A DNA stretch of 64,000 bases, from positions 62,001-126,000 of IMG/VR virus record IMGVR_UViG_3300037245_001419. One strand, given 5' to 3'. Shown one piece after another: positions 56,783-64,000 of this stretch (position 1 is the first letter of the stretch; each line of letters opens with the position of its first letter). A program made the translations under genes and the position numbers. A model generated the notes under the pieces. It was not told the DNA's origin and did not search any database. It worked only from the letters and a program-made list of their open reading frames with translations.

Positions 56783-59209
56783 ATGGCTAACGGAAATAAC
56801 AGCTCAAGTAATGTTGGTAACTTTTTAAACTACACCAACCTAACATTCGATGAAATTAGAAGTGATATCTCAAACAGATTGGATGCAGATCCCAGGTTTG
56901 AGAACTTCTTAGAAAGCTCAATATCTCAAACAATCATAGAGATATTTGCAGCAACTACAGATTTAACGAACTACTATCTAGAACGAAGAGCTGAAGAACA
57001 GTATTTTGATACTGCACGGTTAAAATCTTCAGTTATTGTATTAGCTAAGATACTTGGCTATATAGTTACAAGACCTATCCCAGCTTCGAGTTCACTCGAA
57101 ATCGTTATAAAAGGGCCACTACCCTCAGGTTTAGAGGCTGGTGATGAGGTATACTTTCAGAAGTTTAATACCAAGTTCCAACACCAAGGCTTCCCATACA
57201 TCTTAACTAAGACGTATAAGTATATTTTTACCGCTAATGATATTGCAGACGGTACAAGTAACCCAGCATTTAGAAAAACAGTTAACGTAGCCGTTACGAG
57301 TGAATCAGATTTAGTACTTAATGAATTCGGTAATGTACCTCTTTCAGCAACCGAACCAATTGCTATCCTCCAAGGTGAGATTATAGTTCAAGAAGTTCCA
57401 GGTAGCGCTAACTCACAAGCCGGACAAATATTTCAAAAGTATATTATCCCAGACAATCGATTCTCAAACCTATACGGCACAGAAGATCTTAACTATGATA
57501 CTGACACTGCAGTCTTTGACCTTGTCGAGGGGTTAACTAAAGTAGGTGTAGGCCCAGATGAAGATACCGCTTTAGATACAGAAGATAACTTATTTGCTAT
57601 AGATAGACGATCATTACTTACAAATCCAGAAGTATTAAACCAAACTCAGACTTTAGTTGTACCGAAGGTATGTTTATTAAGAACAACTCCTAAAGAAGAA
57701 GTAGAACTATTATTCGGTGATGACTTGATATCTCAGATTGGCGCTAGAACAACCTCTGACAATATATACATTCAATACTTTGCTACAGATGGAACTACAC
57801 CAAATAAAGTAGGCGTACAAACTGAACTAGTCCAAACAAGTAACACACTTGAAGTGATTGGAAAGCCATCTTTATTAATAACTAAGAATTTTGAGTTTAG
57901 ACTTAATAGTAACATCGTTGGCGGTGCTAACTTGGAAAGTATGGAGTCTATTAAAGTAAATGCCCCTTCCCTATTTCAGTCACTTGACAGATTAGTATCA
58001 AAGCAAGACTATGTTATATTTCTTAAGTCGTTAACATCACCAATAAATGTCAATAATGCTTTAGCTTGGGGTGAACAAGAAGAAGTTGAAGCCCTTAACA
58101 AGGCAGGCATCCAAACTAGAGCACTTGTAAAATTATTTAATATAGTATTTTTCTCAGTAGTTGGTGACTTATATCTATTGCCTCCTGGTGGACAGTACTC
58201 ACCTAAAGACTTAACTACTGCCGATAGCTCTAGCTACACAACAACAATACTTGAGGGTGACTATTTCCTAAGTACAGATGAAAATCCAAGTTTTGGTGAG
58301 CAGACTTATTTTAACGTTTACATTAAAAACTCATCTACAAGTTGTGGTGGTGGCGTAATAGAAGCACTTAACGATCAGGAAAGCTTAAATGCAATAGAGA
58401 ATGTAAGAAAAGTAGTTGCCGATCTTCAGACACGAGCACAGATTACAACTAAGAACTTATACATGTCTCCAATCATTCAAAAGTATGGTATTGACGGTAA
58501 CGTTTACCTCCGTAACCTAACAAGCATTAACGATCTTAGAACTAGAGTTAACAATCAGATCTATACATTCTTAAACGATAATGCTGACTTTAATGTACCT
58601 GTATTCATATCTAACATCGTAGAAATTATAGAGAACAACAGAGAAGTTATCAATGCAGATATTTCTTTCGAACCTCTCCCTGTAACATCAGGTACATATA
58701 CTCCGGTGACAGATCTATCTACAGACCCTGACATAGTAGGTACTGGTCTAGTCCCATTAGCGTATGAACCAACCTTAGTATCATTGATAGAACAAGCAAT
58801 ATTTGAGTATCAAACGAACAGACCAAACGCTTTTTTAGGTTCATTGCCAATAGATTCTGAATATTATGATATATCAGACTATAAACAGATTGAATTAGAA
58901 ACCCCACCATTTGCAGTCGGTACTTGGTCTACATATGAATCAGGTGAAATACGAACTGCAGGAATAACAGAGAGAACATTTTATCAAGAACTAATGGATA
59001 ACATGTATAATAACAAATTGAACACTCCTGTAGCGGATGCATATAGAGATTCTGATTTTTTCAGATCATTCACTTCTAGATTAAATAAAACAATGAAGGA
59101 AGCAATTAGAAACAGTATGAGAGATAGTAGCGGTAACATAACAAACTATTCATTAGCTTTAGAAATAGTTCAAATGGTATCTAACATCACATACAGATAT
59201 AAGTTATAA
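56783..59209 (+). CDS. gp6: baseplate wedge protein
   Basis: LNYTNLTFDEIR, YFDTARL.SSV..LAK.LGY, GGANLESMESIK.NAP and RLVS..DY motifs; GGGAG RBS favours ATG 56783. Confidence 0.9.
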   Translation: MANGNNSSSNVGNFLNYTNLTFDEIRSDISNRLDADPRFENFLESSISQTIIEIFAATTDLTNYYLERRAEEQYFDTARLKSSVIVLAKILGYIVTRPIPASSSLEIVIKGPLPSGLEAGDEVYFQKFNTKFQHQGFPYILTKTYKYIFTANDIADGTSNPAFRKTVNVAVTSESDLVLNEFGNVPLSATEPIAILQGEIIVQEVPGSANSQAGQIFQKYIIPDNRFSNLYGTEDLNYDTDTAVFDLVEGLTKVGVGPDEDTALDTEDNLFAIDRRSLLTNPEVLNQTQTLVVPKVCLLRTTPKEEVELLFGDDLISQIGARTTSDNIYIQYFATDGTTPNKVGVQTELVQTSNTLEVIGKPSLLITKNFEFRLNSNIVGGANLESMESIKVNAPSLFQSLDRLVSKQDYVIFLKSLTSPINVNNALAWGEQEEVEALNKAGIQTRALVKLFNIVFFSVVGDLYLLPPGGQYSPKDLTTADSSSYTTTILEGDYFLSTDENPSFGEQTYFNVYIKNSSTSCGGGVIEALNDQESLNAIENVRKVVADLQTRAQITTKNLYMSPIIQKYGIDGNVYLRNLTSINDLRTRVNNQIYTFLNDNADFNVPVFISNIVEIIENNREVINADISFEPLPVTSGTYTPVTDLSTDPDIVGTGLVPLAYEPTLVSLIEQAIFEYQTNRPNAFLGSLPIDSEYYDISDYKQIELETPPFAVGTWSTYESGEIRTAGITERTFYQELMDNMYNNKLNTPVADAYRDSDFFRSFTSRLNKTMKEAIRNSMRDSSGNITNYSLALEIVQMVSNITYRYKL

Positions 59210-59212
59210 ATA
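59205..59212 (+). promoter_or_regulatory. late promoter TATAAATA
   Basis: Exact motif upstream of 59244. Confidence 0.65.
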
Positions 59213-59243
59213 TAAAAAAGTATACTCATACTAAGGACAAAAA

Positions 59244-61322
59244 ATGGCTGACGAAAAAATATCCGACTTAAATGTCGCAGGTGCTCTAGCAGGAACGGAG
59301 CCTTTAGCTATCGTTCAAAATTCTGAAACAAAAAAAATTAATGCGGTTGATCTACTGGACTTAAGTTTAAAACAACATTCCGATCTTGGAGATGTTACTT
59401 CAGTTGACACCCATGTCAGTGCCACACCTAATCATAATTTATTTATTGGTGAATTTGCAGGACAAGACAACACAGGAAGTGACAATATATTTTTTGGTCT
59501 TAATGCAGGTAGGGCTTCCACATCTACATCACAATCTGTAGTTATAGGAACCAGTGCTGTAGCGGACGGTAATGCAAGCGGAGTTTACATCGGAAATAGT
59601 GTATGTGGACACGGAGGTGGTACTACAGAGGTAATAATTGGTACTAGTGCTGCATCTGGTCAATCGTACGACGGCCAGGGAAATCTTATAATTGGACAAT
59701 ACGCAGGAAGAGCACTTGAAGTCGTACTCCGCAATACTATTGTTGGAACTGAAGCCGGATCTGGTTTCACTGGAAGCCATCTCCCTGGTGGTGATGTTGG
59801 CGGTGGTGGTGGATGGTATAATACTATTATGGGCTATAGGGCAGGTGTTTATGCTGACGCTTCTAGTTCTGTATGGATTGGTGATTCTGCAGGACGTAAT
59901 ACAAGTGCATCTTATTCAGTTATGATTGGTAGAGATGCAGGTCATGATAATGCAGGTGATTACAACGTTGCAATAGGTATAAACTCTGGTTATAACTCTA
60001 CAGGTGCAAATAATACATCATTAGGTTCAGATACTTTAGTTGAGAATCTTAGCGGTCATGACACAGTTGCAATTGGGTTTGAGGCATTTAAAGAAAACTC
60101 AAATACAAATTCTGTAGCAATTGGATCAAAAGCAGGAGCTAGTGCATCAGGCATGTATCACACTTTAGTTGGTAGTTATGCAGGTGTTGCTACTGATGAA
60201 CATTCAAATACTTTTATAGGGTATAAATCTGGATATTTAGCATCAGGTAACTCCAATACTGGTATTGGTGCAAATGCATTTAGCAGTGGTAACGGATATG
60301 ATGTTGTCATGATAGGACAAGGTGCAGGAAAATATTCTCAAGGTGATAATAATATCGCAATAGGTGCACTCGCATGTAGTGACGCAGGATTTACAGGTGA
60401 GTTAAATACTGTGATCGGCTCGCATGCAGCTAAAAGTCTAACAATCGGAAATCACAATGCAATAATTGGAACTAGTGCTGGATGCGGTTTAACATCTCAA
60501 GATGATAATACGTTTGTTGGTATGGGTTCAGGCGGTTCATCATCTGCAAATAAATGTACACTGATAGGTGGAGAAGCTGGTAATAATTCAATTGGAACTC
60601 AATGTGAGTTTATAGGATATAGATCTGGATTTAATAATACGGGCACGTTAAATGTTGCCATAGGCTCACAATCAAGCTTCAATACAACTGGCGATCTAAA
60701 CGTAGCAATAGGTAGTAATTCATTATTTAGTAATATCGGTGGTAGCGAAAATGTTGCCATTGGTTATGTAGCATTGCAAATACCAACAGCTGTATATAGC
60801 AATGTGGCTATAGGCGCATATGCAGGACAGAACATAGCAGGATCATCAACATCCAATGTATTAATTGGTCATAGGTCAGGACAAAATTCATCGGGATCTC
60901 AAAATGTCGCTATTGGTGATAATACATTAAACAGTACTGTAGGGTCTTCAAATGTTGCTGTAGGATGGAATACAATGGCTGCCTCATTATCAGCTGACTT
61001 TAACGTATCTATCGGTAGTTTCGCTGGCGAATCACTTCTTGGTGATAGAAACGTCATGATAGGATATGGGGCAGGAGCTGCTAACACATCTACAAGTGGG
61101 TGTGTTAAAATTGGTTATGATGCAGGTAAGACTCTAAGCGATGATAATACACTTATTATACATAATTCAGACTCAGCGAGTCCATTGATATCTGCAGACT
61201 TTTCATCGGGAGTATTTGACCTGAATGGCTCATACTCTGTTAATGGAACACCAGGAGTAAGTTTCTCAGGTGCAGTATCAAATATAACAGTAGTAAACGG
61301 ATTAGTAACAGCAGTTTCATAA
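59244..61322 (+). CDS. tail fibre with YadA-head-like left-handed beta-roll repeats
   Basis: Dozens of ~15-aa N-x-[AFM]-IG-x-x-[AS]G repeats; N-terminal KISDL and C-terminal ITVVNGLVT fibre motifs. Confidence 0.75.
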   Translation: MADEKISDLNVAGALAGTEPLAIVQNSETKKINAVDLLDLSLKQHSDLGDVTSVDTHVSATPNHNLFIGEFAGQDNTGSDNIFFGLNAGRASTSTSQSVVIGTSAVADGNASGVYIGNSVCGHGGGTTEVIIGTSAASGQSYDGQGNLIIGQYAGRALEVVLRNTIVGTEAGSGFTGSHLPGGDVGGGGGWYNTIMGYRAGVYADASSSVWIGDSAGRNTSASYSVMIGRDAGHDNAGDYNVAIGINSGYNSTGANNTSLGSDTLVENLSGHDTVAIGFEAFKENSNTNSVAIGSKAGASASGMYHTLVGSYAGVATDEHSNTFIGYKSGYLASGNSNTGIGANAFSSGNGYDVVMIGQGAGKYSQGDNNIAIGALACSDAGFTGELNTVIGSHAAKSLTIGNHNAIIGTSAGCGLTSQDDNTFVGMGSGGSSSANKCTLIGGEAGNNSIGTQCEFIGYRSGFNNTGTLNVAIGSQSSFNTTGDLNVAIGSNSLFSNIGGSENVAIGYVALQIPTAVYSNVAIGAYAGQNIAGSSTSNVLIGHRSGQNSSGSQNVAIGDNTLNSTVGSSNVAVGWNTMAASLSADFNVSIGSFAGESLLGDRNVMIGYGAGAANTSTSGCVKIGYDAGKTLSDDNTLIIHNSDSASPLISADFSSGVFDLNGSYSVNGTPGVSFSGAVSNITVVNGLVTAVS

Positions 61323-61333
61323 TAGGATAAATC

Positions 61334-63997
61334 ATGGCGTTTAATTTTATATTAAAAGAAGATGGTGGACACCTTCTTCAAGAAGATGGTGTTTCGAATC
61401 TTATTCTTAATGAAATACAACTACCCCAAAAAATTAATTTGGAAGTTAAACGTACTGTAGCGACAAGTACTGACGTTGAGTACACATTTAGAATTACATC
61501 TCACGACCCAGTCGAATCTATTGATCTATCAAACTATAGAATCGTTCAGTACCTTAACACTAGATGGCCTGGTTCACTCACATATGGATTAGGTCAAGTT
61601 CCAACACCATTCGGTGGTGCTGGCCCTGGTCTAGCTGTATTCGCAGCCCCAGACGATATTGCATTTATAACTGAAGATAAACCACCCCACATATACCCAG
61701 AACGAGATAGATTTTCAATTAAAAGAGCAACTAGATTTGTTCAAGGTACATTACCGTTATCAGGCTCTGGTTATGAAGGTAACTCAATCACAACACACCA
61801 TGGCGTTAATACATGGTCTACAAATTCAGATACAAGATATGATTACGAACCTGAGCACTGCTATACCGCTACTACAGCTACTGACTTTGAAGACAATCAT
61901 ACATTCGTATTAGAATTCAATAGTACAGAAACTAAGACAAATCCAACGTCTCCTGACTGGGATATTGTTACCGAATATATAACCTCAGCAACTATAGACC
62001 CAGAGACTTCAGTTTACCCCTTAAGTGCAGACGGTGACAATACAAAAACATATAATAGAATAGTATACCCAACTAAAGATAATATTATAAAAGAGTTATT
62101 CCCAGCGACAGTTTTTAATAGTGATCCTTTACACTTACTACGTAAAGGCCCTGGTGCAAATGTGAGAATACTAGAATACTACCCTATTAGCGTTCCATTT
62201 AGAGATCAAGTTCTTGCACTAGGAACTTCTGCAGAAAGCTTAACAGACGTTAGAGCAGCAGAATTTTGGAAGTATACAGTTAATACTTTTACTGCAACTA
62301 CAATGGATCTAAATATGTTATCATCAGATTTCGATTCATCAACAGCGACATGGAATACTGAAGTTGACAACGTTAGCGCCAATATGTCAGACACTAATTT
62401 TACAGGTTTATCAGTCCATGACAATCTTGAATTTGCAAGATGGGAAATAACAGACAAAGACATTATTAAATCATGGATGATTCCAACCACATCAGCAAAT
62501 AATAAAGGCGTAGTTACAAAGTATGAAGTTGAATCTTCACCAGTTACAGAAGGCCCATATTTTTCGTCGTTGGAAACAACATTGGGAAATGAAACTAGAC
62601 CAGCATTTGTTATTAACACTAATTTTATTCTAGGTGGTGAACAAATTTGGACTGGTGCAATAAATTCTAACTGGTCTAATCCTGGAAACTGGCAAAATAA
62701 TGAAATACCAAGCATAGGATCAGTAGCAGCTTTTGATGGTGGTGTGTCAACAGTCCCATGTGTATTAGACTCAAACCAATCAGTATATAACCTAACATCA
62801 AATGCAGGTAGTGGAAGTATAAACTTATCGTCATTCGATTTGACAATTGAGGGTAGTATTTGTGACTTTAATGGATTCAGTTCATTGACACAAGAAACAG
62901 GAGGCAAATTAATATTAATAAACTCATGCGTATTAAATCTAGGTCAAGAATTTGCTACCGCATCTTTGCAAACATTGGAAATAACAGAAAATGCACATGT
63001 AAATTATTTCGCAGATAAATCTCTGAGATTGACTGAAAACTTTAATGTCAGTGGTACATTTATGATGCATTCTAATCTTACATTAGATGGGGCGCAATCA
63101 TCGTTTGGTGAAAATGCAATTATAGATTCTGAAAGATCTGGTTCTACAGCATTGTACACAATAACATTATTCGGTGGTTCACTTTCAAACACAGGCACTT
63201 TAAATACTAAAGTTCATTATACTTTTTCTGATAATGTAATAACTGGAAGATTTTATGGGGGAAAAGTATCAGTATCTAACGATGGCAGTCCTTTCGCTTC
63301 AACTACAACTATGACATTTGGAGATGGACAACATACATACCTTGATGGCCTCTTTATTAATAGCTCTCAACAAGGTAGCTTATTAGTAATAGATGCCTCA
63401 GCCAACGACCCAGATATATTAATGTTACAGGGATCAGGATTACTTACAATAGCAACAGGTTTTCCACCTGAAGATGAACTTATATTTTTAATGGGATCAA
63501 AAGATTGGATAATATCTACAGACCAACTAGATTTAGCATTTGTAGATAGTTTCGATTTAGGTGGAGGTGGTGGTTTTTACGTAAATGGTGATACTACTAG
63601 TATAATGTCCCCACTAACAGATATCATAATGCCACCATTAACAATAAATTCATCAACTGAAGTAATTGATATTAATAATAACATATACACACAAAACTTT
63701 ACAATGAATATAGGGTCAACAGTTAATTTTAATCACTTTAATATTAGTGCAGTTGATGCAATCAATATATCAGGAAATTCAGACTCAGTAAATCTATTAT
63801 CTGGAACTTCTCTCGCAGCATCTAACATAAATATTGTTGGAGATCCTTTAGATTATATAGACTTATCGACTGAAGAGTTTTGGTATATAAGTGCATCAGA
63901 TACATTAGATGTTGTTCATGTTGATTTAAAATCTTCAGATGCATCTGGTGGTGTAACTGGTATAGCAATAAGATCAAATGATTTGGGAGAACCATAA
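61334..63997 (+). CDS. virion adhesin-like protein (DNRLRE/CBM-like domain plus beta-helix)
   Basis: N-terminal ILKEDGGHLLQEDG; DNRLRE-like block (ATWN...RWEITD..KSW...NKGV...FSSLE...RP); WTGAINSNWSNPGNW followed by beta-helix-like sequence. Confidence 0.6.
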   Translation: MAFNFILKEDGGHLLQEDGVSNLILNEIQLPQKINLEVKRTVATSTDVEYTFRITSHDPVESIDLSNYRIVQYLNTRWPGSLTYGLGQVPTPFGGAGPGLAVFAAPDDIAFITEDKPPHIYPERDRFSIKRATRFVQGTLPLSGSGYEGNSITTHHGVNTWSTNSDTRYDYEPEHCYTATTATDFEDNHTFVLEFNSTETKTNPTSPDWDIVTEYITSATIDPETSVYPLSADGDNTKTYNRIVYPTKDNIIKELFPATVFNSDPLHLLRKGPGANVRILEYYPISVPFRDQVLALGTSAESLTDVRAAEFWKYTVNTFTATTMDLNMLSSDFDSSTATWNTEVDNVSANMSDTNFTGLSVHDNLEFARWEITDKDIIKSWMIPTTSANNKGVVTKYEVESSPVTEGPYFSSLETTLGNETRPAFVINTNFILGGEQIWTGAINSNWSNPGNWQNNEIPSIGSVAAFDGGVSTVPCVLDSNQSVYNLTSNAGSGSINLSSFDLTIEGSICDFNGFSSLTQETGGKLILINSCVLNLGQEFATASLQTLEITENAHVNYFADKSLRLTENFNVSGTFMMHSNLTLDGAQSSFGENAIIDSERSGSTALYTITLFGGSLSNTGTLNTKVHYTFSDNVITGRFYGGKVSVSNDGSPFASTTTMTFGDGQHTYLDGLFINSSQQGSLLVIDASANDPDILMLQGSGLLTIATGFPPEDELIFLMGSKDWIISTDQLDLAFVDSFDLGGGGGFYVNGDTTSIMSPLTDIIMPPLTINSSTEVIDINNNIYTQNFTMNIGSTVNFNHFNISAVDAINISGNSDSVNLLSGTSLAASNINIVGDPLDYIDLSTEEFWYISASDTLDVVHVDLKSSDASGGVTGIAIRSNDLGEP

Positions 63998-64000
63998 TGC

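Noticed and set aside
1474-63198. Many opposite-strand or alternate-frame ORFs in the track (e.g. 4911..5297, 49265..50215, 62206..62907, 44501..44893)
   Set aside because: They lie entirely within well-supported genes, lack RBSs and motifs, and show the Ser/Leu/Phe-rich composition of antisense shadows.
1-64000. Stop-codon reassignment (TAG or TGA), as seen in some large phages
   Set aside because: Core genes are full-length in the standard code, and TAG and TGA both end genes at expected positions (e.g. gp41 and uvsX with TAG, gp55 with TGA).

Overview
Phage DNA from a large, AT-rich, T4-like (Tevenvirinae-related or far-T4) myovirus. The standard genetic code fits; I saw no tRNA, rRNA or CRISPR array. 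The left ~17.4 kb is mostly minus-strand replication and recombination genes (gp41, UvsX, gp43 PolB, gp47, gp55, gp46). It also carries accessory genes (DHH phosphoesterase, SPFH protein, glycosyltransferase, Zn-finger proteins) and sigma70-like promoters TTGACT-N17-TATAAT/TATACT. A ~730 bp non-coding region at 14.17-14.9 kb has repeated ATTACA motifs and an AT-only tract, and looks like an origin next to a non-T4 helicase-like gene. From 17.5 kb on, the plus strand carries uvsY, uvsW and a nearly complete T4-type morphogenesis region: gp2, gp20-23, gp13-19, baseplate gp54/26/51/29/48/53/27/5/25/6-like genes and several fibre or lectin proteins. Many of these genes have a TATAAATA late promoter just upstream. 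The most unusual features are: a catalytically degenerate, ATPase-domain-only paralog directly upstream of the real large terminase; three Zn-finger proteins sharing a C-terminal motif; a duplicated gp14 neck gene with nearly identical C-termini; an inverted gp13 with its own late promoter beside an HNH gene; non-canonical PolB motifs near a glycosyltransferase; and a hydrophobic protein plus a paralogous 55-aa micro-ORF where the PAAR spike tip would normally be. All family assignments come from motif recognition by eye, not database searches.
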